Positions 13,016 to 25,386 of a DNA stretch of 64,000 nucleotides are shown piece by piece (positions within the stretch are counted from its first letter, which is position 1; every line of letters begins with the position of its first letter). The position numbers and the translations under genes were made by a program. Source of the DNA: Iphione sp. A-MEVVRFRX5 (lineage: Eukaryota); contig OZ320320.1 of assembly GCA_976226885.1 (NCBI GenBank), forward strand, positions 74,028,001 to 74,092,000, read 5' to 3'. The notes under the pieces were generated by a model. That model did no database searches. It was not told the DNA's origin and saw only the letters and a list, made by a program, of their open reading frames with translations.

Positions 13016-13372
13016 TGCAGATATATAACCACAAACATCAAAAAAGTACTTTTTTATGTTCTAAAATGACACTATTAATGATAATACATCAAAAGTACCC
13101 GTGATGTCTGTACACAGGGAGGATTACTTAGAATCAACAAGACGGCTTAACCAAACTGACCTTGGCGGCCAAAACGGACACAGCAAGTTTTGCCTTCTGC
13201 TTTCTGCTTTCTGCTTTTATACCTGACAATTCCCATATAATTTATGAAAGAATTCGGCACCACATACATCCGTTATAGAGGGACCACTGTATTGTGATGC
13301 ATTTTTTTTATGAAGGTAACACGTTTTAATTATGAGCTCGTGATGTGAATACTAGTCATTTAACACATAATA

Positions 13373-13705
13373 TTTACCCTACCTATTAAAAACGTTGCCT
13401 GAAAGTAGTCCGTCCCCATCAAATTCTCATCTCGTACTGATGTTGCTTCAGGAGTACATATTTTTTACTGAAGACATCTTATTAAAAAAGGGGAATTCTA
13501 TCTATATTTTCAGCATGGAGAGTTATAAAAAAGAATTGTTGTCAATGGTTGGAAGTGCACTACTTTTTCAGTTTGCGTAGGGATACTGCTCTACTTTGCT
13601 TATCTCCTGCACTGCTGTCATAGGGATAGTGTCCCACTTACAGCAGTGACCTTGACCTTAAAAAATAAACAGAAAGAGAACGCTGGCTGATTGACCAATC
13701 GAGGG

Positions 13706-13736
<31 letters not shown>

Positions 13737-15592
13737 GACTGACAAATTTTCCCTCCACTACAGAGAGGGGGAAGGGACAGAGAGAGGAAGAGACAGAGAA
13801 TGAAGGATGAGGGAGAGGGAGAGAGTGGGGGAGGGACAAGAAGTGAGAGAGATTTCTTCCCTCTATACTGTTTACAACCAGTGCAAGTGCCGAAGGCGCT
13901 TGTTCTATCTTAAAACATACATCCACACTAATATTGTGGCTGTTCCTTTTGCATTTCTATGCCCTGTTCATTTGCTCCTGCCATAATCATTATTGTGATG
14001 CCATTCAGCTAAATGAGTTACTTTACTACCAGTGTGTTTGCTATCTGTGTATTGAAGTTCTGTCCAAAAGGGGTAACTTAACTATTCTTTTTACATCCCC
14101 ATATCATACAATAACATAATTCAAACTATTCAAGTGAACTATTCAAGTGAACTTGCAAACCGTCAGCTCCATGGAACATGTAATCTCGGAATGGAAAAAT
14201 TGCTTCGCAATTATCTCTTGAATGCTGCGGATCAAACTGCAATCCTCTAAATGAGGTATCCCTTCGATAGTGTGTCAATACAAAAAATCCAGTCCCCTAT
14301 AGGTATTCCAGACCAAAACTACCTGGAACAGAATGAGTTTCTCTATAATCTATTATGAGGGGCGCAGCATTGTTTCAGGCATTGAATTAGAGGAAAAAGA
14401 AAGCCCCTGACCTTGTGCCACCTCTCCAGACCTCTTCCTAGACCATCAAATCTTGTTCTCACCTTATCTAGATGTGACCCTATAGAGCTGACCCCTTGTC
14501 CTCTGAGATCTCTTCCCCAGCTTCTCTAGGTGCGATTCCACACCTCACACCTTCTCTTGTCCTCTCGGGTGTCTTACCTGCCTGGTATTACTTGTAGTAA
14601 CATCCTGTATAGGCATACTGACTGTTGATCTGGATATGAAGTCTGATTTATATAAGAGACAAGCGCCTTTGGCACACCTCTTTCTGTTGTTTCCAAGAGG
14701 TGGTGCTGGGCAGTGGTACTCTTGGAGTGGAAATGATGTCACAGTGGCTGATAAGCCTGGCACCCCGACCCATATTCAGGGCAGGGTGCCAGGTGTGGAG
14801 GTGAAAGACAGTGGACTTCTCTCTTTTAGCTTTTGTACTTTTTAATTACATTATAATCATTTGGCAATGTTTTCAATGATAGTTCTGACATTATCATGAG
14901 CACACAATGTAGATCTACCTTTAGATGAAGTGTTTGTGTCAAAATTATCATTTGTTTTCACCAGGCATTAAAGCTCACATTAGAATATGCAGAAACTCCC
15001 TGATTATCACCCACTCTTCACCTCTGTAGTATTTTTGCTAGAATAAAACCTTTACACAAGAGTTTGAATTTATATTATAATATGATCATTTAGACTAAGG
15101 TTAAACCTATGTATTTTCAACAAAAGACCCATATGATGCCATTTAAATCTTAAAGAAATCAGCTCTGACAGCTGATTGCTTACTTGGTACTCGCCTCAAG
15201 TGCCCAGATTGCCCACTCAAAGAATAAACTCCAGTAAATGAAAAGGAGGGTAGGTGGGGCGAGGGGGGTTCGAGGTGGGCCTGTTAGAGGTGTGACTGAC
15301 TGAAGTCCTTCCAGTTTACAACCCTTGGTTCTGCTTGACTGAACACACAAAAATGTAGAATATCTCACCCACAGCACCCCTGAAAAGTAGTGCCAAAATA
15401 TTGTTTTACTTTCGTTTATATTCTGTTTGTTTTCTACCTCAGAACATAACAGTATATATTATTCTAACAACACATTAACAGAACATATGTAAAAAAAACA
15501 AATCATGAATATTAGAAAAAGTCTGATGAACATGAGAACTCACCCCCATGGTTAGACTACTTTCAGGCAACGTTTTATATAGGTAGTGTAAA
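13373..15592. mobile_element. Putative ~2.2-kb non-autonomous DNA transposon bounded by ~38-bp inverted repeats
   Basis: TTTACCCTACCTATTAAAAACGTTGCCTGAAAGTAGTC (13373-13410) versus the reverse complement of 15555-15592, TTTACACTACCTATATAAAACGTTGCCTGAAAGTAGTC. No clear TSD or transposase. Confidence 0.45.
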
Positions 15593-16117
15593 AATAATCC
15601 ATTGGTGATATAGAAAATAATTAGGAAATAGCTTATTTTCAGACTCAGTGTTCAAAAATCGAATCCAAACTTTATGTGACTGTGGAGAGAACCCTCCCAT
15701 TGGGGGTCTAGGACTGTTGATGTGTGCTAAGAGATGATTCTGTTCATAAGCCATCTTGAAGAACATGTGTCTTCCAGCAACAGGCAAAGTTATCCAACTA
15801 ACCCCCTGCATATGGATAAACGTTTCGCGGCGATTACAGTGTAAACCTTTCTATCGAGAGCCACAGTTTCATATGTTGAACAGTAGGTGGCAGCACGACT
15901 AGAATGTCCCATCAGTAACCACATGAACCGTAGTCTCGGAAAACACAAAGCTAACAGAACAAAAACCTACTAAAACCCCATATCTGGACTTTTCCATTTG
16001 AACTGGCTGTTCGTATTGCAATCATTATGCACATAATTAAAGAGGTCCGGATGGTGAAATTAGATACCACGGGCTTAATATTCTAAAGCAAATAACCTGA
16101 TATGTGTTGACAAACGA

Positions 16118-16153
16118 AGGCTCAATAAAAGAATTCAATTCAATTCAATTCAA
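16118..16153 (+). mobile_element. Possible retroposon 3' tail (AATAAA followed by (AATTC)n)
   Basis: AATAAA immediately followed by about 4 AATTC units, resembling the tandem-repeat tails of CR1/L2-group LINEs and SINEs. Confidence 0.35.
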
Positions 16154-17540
16154 TAAGTCGGGATTTGCGAAGGAAAGAATATACAACCATATTTTTCTGC
16201 AGTTGAAGGATTATTGAAATTCCTTCACATGAAAGCTTAAACAGATGTCTGTTTCTTTCTTTATGTAACAGGGAGTGCCTTTACATACTGTTTATTTTTT
16301 CAAGAATAATGCCTTTTTCTTATATATATTATACTAATGCTGCTGGAAATGCGTTTTTCCAAGTTTCCCTCTTCATTTTGTCATTTTGTCTGTTCTTCAG
16401 TAATGAATTCTCTGGAATGAAACACCCACACGTTAAGTCAATACCATGATTTATTTACAAGCAAACGATCACACCTATATACGTCCTGTACATACAAAAA
16501 TGGTTTCATGGCAAATTGGGAACAGTCCCCGTTTGAAAATCACTATCTCTCCGACGACTCGTTCATCTACGTGGGACCCGAAGGAGATCAGAACGCACTT
16601 GGATAAAACAGGGATCCCCATGATGACACAAAGAAAACAATGATCACAGTATGATTCAGTTGTTTCGATGTGATGCACATGAACAAGACGTTTGGGTGTG
16701 TCGGCCAGTACAGTAGATTTACTCTGTCTTGTTTTCTTTTTTTTCGTTCTGTGTAAACAAAAACACACACACACACAAAAGGGGGTAAATGACACAGTTT
16801 CTCTGACAAGTCTCTCATGCATGGAGTGGCTGCGCTGTGTTGTGCAGATGTAGCCCAAATGCAGCCTATCAAACGAGTATGGGCAGCTATTGGACCAAAC
16901 ATGTCTCATATAATATTAGCATGTCAGATGCGTGCATGTCAGAACCATGTTCTTAAGGTATAAGTCTCAAGGGGTTTGTGTACAAAGGAGATTGCGTGAC
17001 CGTCTCTCATGCTCGCCAAAGCCGGGCGCACGCGAGGAGAAAGGGATCATACAAAATTATCTTTCATCAAAGCAAATTGCCAGAAAATTTACCCCCCCCC
17101 CCCGCCCTCAACTCTCCCCGTTCTTACACACAGCAAGATGGTCGCACATCAGCTTGTGTCTCAACTTGAGAGAGGGCCTCATATTTAAAGCATGTCACGC
17201 AAATTACCTTTTGCATAGCTTAACTACTATCATATTTCAGCCTTTTTGAGAAACTGGTGGCGACCAAGACAGAACATAAACCTCGATGCGCGGCAAACAG
17301 AGAAAGAATTCGCCTGGTAATGGGCAATATTCAATGTCAAAGCTTGGGTACAGTATGTCAACAAACAGGGGAAAGTATGCCATGTTCTTGACTGATCCGT
17401 GGGCTAAAACAGATTTATACCTATCAGTCGACTTTCTCTACAAATGTACCACGTCCTGAAAATAACCTCATCCGACGGGTTTATCAAGCGATATGTGATT
17501 TAATATCGTAATAATATAACGTTAATTTTACTAGAAAAAC

Positions 17541-17771
17541 GACGCACTGGCTTTAAAAAGATGCCGATTCCCAACTAACCTATTACCGACGCCCCGGTCT
17601 TAAAAGAAGCCGATTGTTGAGGACGTTATTAACGACGCTCTGGTTTGAAAAGACGTCGATTGTTGAGGACGTTATTAACGACGCTCTGGTTTGAAAAGAC
17701 GTCGATTGTTGAGGACGTTATTAACGACGCTCTGGTTTGAAAAGACGTCGATTGTTGAGGACGTTATTAAC
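17541..17771. repeat. 46-bp minisatellite (3 identical and 2 degenerate units)
   Basis: GACGCTCTGGTTTGAAAAGACGTCGATTGTTGAGGACGTTATTAAC at 17634, 17680 and 17726, with diverged copies upstream. Confidence 0.95.
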
Positions 17772-19980
17772 TGATGAACAACTGGAGAACATCACGGCTT
17801 TGACTGAGGAAAAGCCAGACAGCGTCATACGTGAGCTTGTACGTCATGATAAGAGAGCGGGAAGATAACTGGAACATACAAGGGTTATATTAACCCTCAC
17901 CATTAGTAGAAAGCCCCAGGAAAAAACGTCCGTTAGTATGCAAACTCTTCCCAACCATTCCAAGTAACAACCTGTCAGAGCACTTCTATGACGACCTCAA
18001 AATCATTGAAATATGTCCGTAGTTATTCGGCAAAACTGTGGACAATAAAAACATTCTTAAATAGAGCTTTTAAATAGAGCGTTTAAACGAAGTTGAAGCT
18101 GAATACAATGGACCGTTGCCTGGATTTGAAATGCATAAATGACCGATCATTGGGAGCCGTGGACATTGTCCGGCTTTTACTTTTTCTAATTAATTTTTAC
18201 TGAATAATACTCTTTTTTAACCAAGGTAACACGTCTTGACGTGATTCTGTATTTTTGTTCTAGGAAAAACGTACTTTTGATGTCACTTGACCACATGTGT
18301 ATTTTCCTAGCTGTATACGATGTTTAGGTGTCGAGTGATGGACCATTTTATTTGTGAACATCAGTTTTTCAGTTTTACTTGGATACACTGTATGTTATTA
18401 TTTTTTGTCATAACACTTAAACAATCAAAATAAGACTTGACAAAGATTTTTTTCTGAGACAACCACAATAGAATCCTTTATGTCCAATTATACAATACCT
18501 ATATACATTTATTATATATACATGCAAATGCAACCCTAGACTTTCTCCATAACCAACACGCTCTCTCTTCACCATCATATATGTACATCAACCGAAGGAA
18601 CAGAGAGAGATATAGAAGTACAGTTGAAACTTACGCTATTTAATCATGTCTCCATTTAATGTAATTATCATGAGAATCATGTATTATTTAGACAGGAACA
18701 CTCATAAAAAATCTGGGTGGCAACAACTAAAAAAAAGCAAGTGTAACTAACAAACCACACAATGACCCTGGGGTAGATCTACTCTTCATTTCGGCCAATG
18801 ATGATCCATTTTTTCGACAACAAATTGGCTGTATTGATTAGAGAAACGATTCTGCTTCTTGAGGAGCTGAACTTACGTCAACAACACGGCGCTTCAAGTG
18901 ACATTCAAATTTGCCTGATAGCAATAACATTTTGATGGACTTGTGTTGGCCCTGGTAAGATTGACACACTGGAAATAGCTCCCAATAGTTTTGCATAAAA
19001 TCATTCGACAGTGTAGTCCATGACAACTCTAGAGGTGGTGGGATGCGAGGGGGTGGGAGGAGTGGTATGGGTGGTGAGAATTCTACTTTTGAGACGACAA
19101 GACCTTCGTTTCTGTGTATTGAGCGTCTTGGTATACACACCACTAACAGAATACTCGACTAGTTTTTCCTCACCCTTCGACTGTTTCACCACACAGTTTT
19201 TGTCAGACATGATGCTGAATGTTATGATGTCAACTAAATGTATAAATCATTCATAAGAAAAATGCAGCCGAAAAGAATAAAATAAACAATAATATATAAC
19301 AACCCAGCGTTCCTCTATAATATGTTTTTATGTACAGTTAATGGCTTCTTACCGTATTCTATATCTTATGAAGCGCCATCGAGTTATCCGAGACTTAAAG
19401 CCAAATGTATTTACTATTTTATTCAGATTTCCCCTACGTTATGAGTACTTAATTGTTTGAACAGAATTCACCATACTAAACCAACGGACCATTGGGCAAG
19501 GAGTCAACTGCCAAGCTACAATATAGTGTTGTTTTTTTCCTGATATTACAATCGGTACTACAGCAATGAAAATGCATTATTTTTGTCATGGATGTTCGCC
19601 ATATGACCTGAAACTGTGTAAACAATCGCAGTTTAAAACATTATTATTCAACCACAAGGCAATGGATAAATTCAGAAAAAAAACAAAGACCGTATTACCA
19701 ACATTAAAAGTTTAGCCACAACAACCACACTTCAAGCTATTATGCAAATACAGGATTGCTTTTCTGTGTAGGTTCTCTTGTGATGGGGAGGAGGACTCAT
19801 TATGACATTCCTTTCTATATTAGAACCAACTGAGGAAAAATAAATGTAAATTAACAAATTGAGAGAAGCAAATGATACACATTTTTTTCAACAAAATATA
19901 TTGTACATAAAATGTACAGCTTAGTGCGTGAGCTGCACCCTTTTAGTTGGCTTGTTCCTTTTTTCTCACACTTATACTTA

Positions 19981-20154
19981 CAGTGAAACCTGGCTATTGC
20001 AACATTGCTTGGTACAAAATATGCCGGGAATGGGAAGGGTACTGGAATAGCCAGGGCTTTTCACATTAAACTTTCTCAATCTATACCGACTGAATGTATG
20101 TGAAAGAGCGAGGGTGCTGGAACAGTGAGGTGTTGCAATAGCAAGGTTTCAATG
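19981..20154. mobile_element. MITE with CAGTGAAACC termini
   Basis: Left CAGTGAAACCTGGCTATTGCAACA versus right reverse complement CATTGAAACCTTGCTATTGCAACA; TA on the left flank. Related fragments near 5445-5549, 43430-43590 and 48475-48520. Confidence 0.7.
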
Positions 20155-22221
20155 GATATGAGTCGCTTTGCCTGTCAACATGTTGAGTAGTTTGTGCATA
20201 TCCTAGCCATGCATAGCACACATACATTTACTTTGTCTTGATTACATTACACATGCTTACAATAAAACCTTCTTAGGGAGTCCAGGGGGCGGGATGATTG
20301 CAAGGAAACAACTACAAGTCATGTGAGAGTCTTCAGGAAATCATTCGCAACCAACCAATGGACCATCTGCTGCTTCGAAGTGAGAGAGAGCTTGGGAAAA
20401 CATTAAAAAATGAACATATTGGCTCTAATTTTGACAGCGAGAGATGCTGGGGCAGATGTGGCTTCAGATGTGGCTTCTGGAAAGAGTTGATTGCAGGACC
20501 CATCTCCCTTAGAACTTCGGCCAACAAACACTGGTCATTCTACCTGCCAGGTAGGAAGCCAAAGCAGGGTGTGTTAAAAAAACAAACAAACAAACTCTCC
20601 ATAAAACCCTGTGGATCCTATGCTGGTGATATCTCCGCTGACACATCTCTATACGTTCTCATACATCCAGTAGTCTACAAGAGATACAAAAAAGATGGAT
20701 ACAAAGTTTTACAGGGCTGGATACAACCAATTATTTCAGAGAACGCTCATCCTCCCTAAACAATCAAGGGGGGGGGGCATTCAAAAAGAGGAGTGGGGCG
20801 ACGCTGTCATTTTTCCCTATAGTCTGCTGCCCTGGAAAAATGCCTCGTTCTAGAAGGAGTGGCGCGAGAGAGGAGCTTCAACGCATGGTAGTAGAAGTAG
20901 TTATCGAGTAATAGTCATGAATCTTGGCGGTCTGTGGGGGCAGGGGGAACCTTATTCGCAATACGCGGTACACACCAGGGGGCGTGCTTGGCGTATCCAG
21001 GTTGAGGTCCCAGCAGCTGCTGTGCTGTTCCTAGAGATGGCCCACCTCCCTCCTCCTCCTCCGTGTTGTTTATGTGTGCGTGAGTGAGTGAGTGAGTGTG
21101 TCAGGATGTGTAATTATATTAGGTGAGCACTGCATATGTGGCGCCAAGGAAGCAGCTGGAGGGAGGCCGTGATATTGATGCTTGCCGCAAGGTGGCAGCA
21201 GCAGCAGCGGCGGCGGTTGTGGCGGCGGCAGCAGAAGCAGCTTTTTCGGCTCCAAGCAATGGTCCACGGTCGGTCAGCAGTAGCAAGGCTTGGTATGGAA
21301 GATGGTCGAGCGTTTTCACAAATGCCTCGGCACAGGATCCTGCTACTTTAAATCATGACAAACGTCGCCGTATTCATATATATATATATAACTCACAGAG
21401 CACCTATGGCTCCTAAAAATGAACCCCCAACAAAACATCAAAAATAACCCCCTTCCCTTTGAGAGAGATGAAATATCCGGAAAAGAGCAGATCTCTCTCC
21501 TGTTCCCTCCCCCACCCCACAAAAAACCGCCCCAAATTCTTGTATTAGTATATAAACAGTTCATGTCTGTGCGTCCTCATGTTTTTAGTCTCGCTGACCT
21601 TTGAACTGTGGCTCCTCTGTCTCTGTCTCTCTCACTCCCCCAAGCGATGAGTTGGGCTTGGGGAGGAGGAGGGCAGGTTACCACGGCTGCCATGTGCCTT
21701 ATATGTACTGGAGGAAAGGCTTGAAAGATCCGTCCCCTTGTCGTCATCTTCTCCTCCAGTGAGTGGATATACCCTGTAGCATACAACACCTCAGCCTCCT
21801 GCTCCCTGTGGGTGGCTCTTATAGTCTCCTGAGCTGCTCTATAGGCCCAGGGGCTCCAACTCCACCGAGCCTGAGGTGAATTGTCAGCGCTGGGAGGCAC
21901 GTCGTCAGGCGGAAAGAGCAACTCCCTCGCCTTGACCAGATATATACTCACACGAGTGCGCAGTGGCTGCAAAAAAACACGCATACACACTCCGTATTTA
22001 TTTATATATATATAATTATGTATAATGATTATAATCGTAGATCACACATACATATATGCAACTTCTTTTTCTCCTGGGTTTAGAAATTTCCCTCTCGCGG
22101 CCACATGTAAATCCTCAGATGCTCGTACATGTATATATATATATATATGACGTTCCAGACTCCAGATGGGCGCTCCGTTTCTCCGCGACTACTACACATA
22201 ACGGGGGAGGGGGGCACATCA

Positions 22222-22478
22222 TCATACGATGGACACCTTCTCTGTCCGCTCCTTCAGCAGGAGCTGGTCAGTCCGGGGTCCCCCGTCCAGGGGCTCCCTG
22301 TCCCTGGCGATGGCCGCCCCTCGCGTGACGTAGCGCACCTCGATCTCCTGCTTGTATTTCTTCTTGCGTACTTTCCTCCGCCGATGCAGCACGCAGACGA
22401 GGATGAAGACGAGCAGGACGAGCGTGATCACCACCCCGAGGCTGATGTGCAGAACGCCGTGGTCCGAGTAGCTGGGAT
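22222..22478 (-). CDS. CUB-LDLa membrane protein (Neto/SOL-1-like), terminal coding exon: TM helix and cytoplasmic tail
   Basis: Pyrimidine tract plus TAG acceptor at 22480-22479. Reads PSYSDHGVLHISLGVVITLVLLVFILVCVL-HRRRKVRKKKYKQ...EKVSIV*: hydrophobic helix, basic stop-transfer segment, TGA at 22224-22222. Confidence 0.9.
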
Positions 22479-22549
22479 CTACTTAGAAGGGGAGGAGAAG
22501 CGGGGAAGAGCAGCTCGTTACACAGTATAGCGACGGAGAGAAGATTAAA

Positions 22550-22743
22550 CAGTGAAAACCCCTCATTACGGACACCCCCCCCCTCCCGCTCTATTCAGGA
22601 CACCCTCTCCTCGTTATTAACAGGCAGAGAAACAGAACCAAATCGATATATCCAGGTTAAAATACTCCTGCTATTAAAGATATCACATACTAGGGACAGT
22701 TTCAACCAGTCTCTTTACTGACCGTTGTAGAGAGGTTCCACTG
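22550..22743. mobile_element. MITE with CAGTG termini
   Basis: Left CAGTGAAAACCCCTC versus right reverse complement CAGTGGAACCTCTC; TA on the right flank. Confidence 0.6.
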
Positions 22744-23819
22744 TATTTATAAATGCACATGTGGCTGAGTCATTAATCTAATATATAACAGACTCATCAA
22801 AAGGGAAAACACCCTTGGTTATTACACTACCTCATTTAATACGGCTCCTTATACTAGTTGGGAGCTGGCTGTAAACAAGTCCTTCGGAATCTAGTTTTTG
22901 TCGCTGTAATTCCCCCTCTCTCCGGCATCTTTTTGCGCCCTGGAAAACTACTGGGCCAATATCCGCTGCCAACGCCATCTGGTAATACATTAACCACTAC
23001 CCCGTTGTCTTTATTTATAAGAAAATACGTCTTTTTATTAAAATAATTTTTAAAAATCAAACTCTTTTACATACAAGTACATGTATCATGATTTCAGCCT
23101 GCCATTAGTCTAGCTTTGGCACACTGATTATCAGCAGCAGTTTGGGTCTGATCATCGTCAGCAGCGGATGGTACACCGAAGTCTAACGGGATTTCTTACA
23201 CTAATGTGATTCAAGATAGGTCAGTGATTGATTATATCTAGTCATATAATAGACAGCAATATCTAGTTAAAAAGAAAGCTCTATTCTTTGTATTAACACT
23301 GATCTAAATAGAGGAAAGCATTGCGCTGCTTGTCTACTTTGCATAATGATATAGAAACTAACGACATTCCTCGTTAATGACAGCATTGGAAGTTTGCCTT
23401 CTCCGTCAAAATTAGACTGTCCAAGCTCCAGTGGTGCTTGGTCTGATAAAACTTTGCTAAATAAAAATACCATCTTTCCTATTATTTTTTACTTGTATCA
23501 TCGGAACTTTGCTATCATCATCAAGGTCTGTGCGTTAATTATCACTAGGACCTCAGAACGCTCTACAATGGCGGGGCAATGTTTGCCCGATCCGTGAAAA
23601 GACTTTTGTTCTCTTGAGATTCTGTTTCTATGAACTACATGTTTGTCCCTCTCTTTCGTAAACTACGATTTCTCGAGTAGTATATAAAGTGATGCATTTA
23701 GGATGCATCTGTAAAGATATAAACTGTGACCAAACAATAAGGTGATGGTGGGCTGTGAGACTCAGGTTCGCTTCGCGACGAAGCAGGAGAAAAAGGCACG
23801 AAGACCCGTTTCAACATAC

Positions 23820-23822
23820 CGC
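23820..23822 (-). CDS. Candidate 3-nt microexon (GCG) of the CUB-LDLa gene
   Basis: Minus strand reads TGCTGTTTCCTGTTTCTCTTGCAG|GCG|GTATGT. Inclusion changes the junction codon T|AT (Tyr) to TGC GAT (Cys-Asp) and restores LDLa Cys6. Confidence 0.55.
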
Positions 23823-24038
23823 CTGCAAGAGAAACAGGAAACAGCATATTATATTACTGTACGTGAAAGGCTAATGGTAATATTCAATTTACTTATTAGT
23901 GTTACTTTGTGTGAATGTAGAACATTTGGATTTCTGTGGAAGGCCGTGTGAGTAATAACATGGAATTCTTTTGATTACCGAGCAAACGTCGGTGAAAGGA
24001 AGTAGGTTGACCGAAGGCACTATTAAGGTGGAACTCAC

Positions 24039-24155
24039 ATTTCATGTTCTCATCTGAAGTGTCATCTCTACCACAATTTGGATTATTGTTACATTTGAGT
24101 GAGCTGGATATACAGTAGCCCGACTTCTTACAGACGAAACCAGGACACGCTTCAC
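24039..24155 (-). CDS. CUB-LDLa gene exon: LDL-receptor class A module
   Basis: TTTTTTGCAG acceptor and GTGAGT donor; EACPGFVCKKSGYCISSSLKCNNNPNCGRDDTSDENMK has LDLa cysteine spacing and the acidic D-x-S-D-E motif; 117 bp, phase 1/1. Confidence 0.92.
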
Positions 24156-24635
24156 CTGCAAAAAATATAAAAAAAACAGTCAAGTACACTTTTGTCAAAC
24201 AAAAAACCTGGTTGACCGCCCATGTGTGTCAAAATATAAAACCAGTTGGGCACACTTGTATATCAATACATAAAACCAGTCAGGCACACGTATCTGTCAA
24301 AAATTAAAACCGATTAAGCACACAATCATGTATGTCAAATGATTACACCAGTCCAGCACAAATACACATTTTAATGTAGATAATCTTCAAATTACAATAT
24401 TATGAAATTAATACAAAGGTTGATAGAAATGAGTCCAAATTGCTACATGCGGTTGAATAAGCTGGATTTATTGCTGATATTCACCTGATTAAAATTAATG
24501 TTCCTCCTTCTTTGGCAGGATCTATGAGACCAGCAAAGAAACGAAACGCATGGCAAGGTAGAACCTTTGCGTATAAATTTATTCTACCTTATTTGCAGAA
24601 TCTAGTTCACACGTTTTTTTATGTGTGAGACTTAC

Positions 24636-24709
24636 CTGACATTGGCAGGATTTCTGTCCAAGCTATTTCGAATCCCTTGGCTCCAACGCTACGGGCGGAC
24701 GTAATGAAT
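24636..24709 (-). CDS. CUB-LDLa gene exon: end of last CUB domain
   Basis: TTTTCTGGTAG acceptor and GTAAGT donor; FITSARSVGAKGFEIAWTEILPMS (CUB-terminal GF motif); 74 bp, phase 2/1, fits both neighbours. Confidence 0.9.
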
Positions 24710-25008
24710 CTACCAGAAAATAAGAGTCGTGTAGTCAATACAAAATCTTATCCTGAGGGAGATCATGATATTTACTTTCAGAGAAGGAAATCGTATCTTG
24801 TACCGGTTTAATCAAAGAACCCCTTCAGGTATAAGGTGTTCATTGAAAGAATCGCGGCAAATGGATTTTCTTATGATAGAGGTGAAGGTATAATTACCTA
24901 AAAGTGGAGCAAAACGGCAAGGCGAGGAGAAACAGGGACAGAAACACATGTAGAACACAGGGAGAGACAGAGGCAGGAAAATTGATACTAATGAAGAGGC
25001 ACACTAAG

Positions 25009-25045
<37 letters not shown>

Positions 25046-25386
25046 GAAAGGGGGTAGAGGGAGAGAGAAATCGGGTTGAGGGACACCGAATTACACAGAA
25101 ATAAAGAAAATATAACAGATACAAGGCCAAATTGGAAAAAAGGGAGAAAAGAAGCTATAGAATTAATTCCTAATGTACTTTCTTTCTTCGACCTTACTTA
25201 ATATTTTTAAGTGATAATGACATAACTGGACATTCTGATCAAAGCGTATGTGAAAGCAGTTGAATAAAATCTTGAAAAATTACATATAACGTGTATTAAC
25301 GGTGAGTGTGGTTCAAGACTAGACTAGAATGATGAGTGAAGCTAAGGAGAACATGGAATGATCTCTACTGGAAGCTGTTCCGTTAC

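Noticed and set aside
17541-17771. CRISPR-like array
   Set aside because: Units are contiguous with no unique spacers, the context is eukaryotic and no cas genes are present. The same applies to 31.3-32.2 kb and 41.4-41.8 kb.
20298-20759. 153-aa plus-strand ORF
   Set aside because: Non-ATG start, no recognisable motif, no splice partners; it lies just 3' of the CUB gene on the opposite strand.
23085-23190. Alternative terminal exon (YFGVPSAADDDQ...AG*)
   Set aside because: Phase fits, but the acceptor lacks a pyrimidine tract and it does not restore LDLa Cys6.
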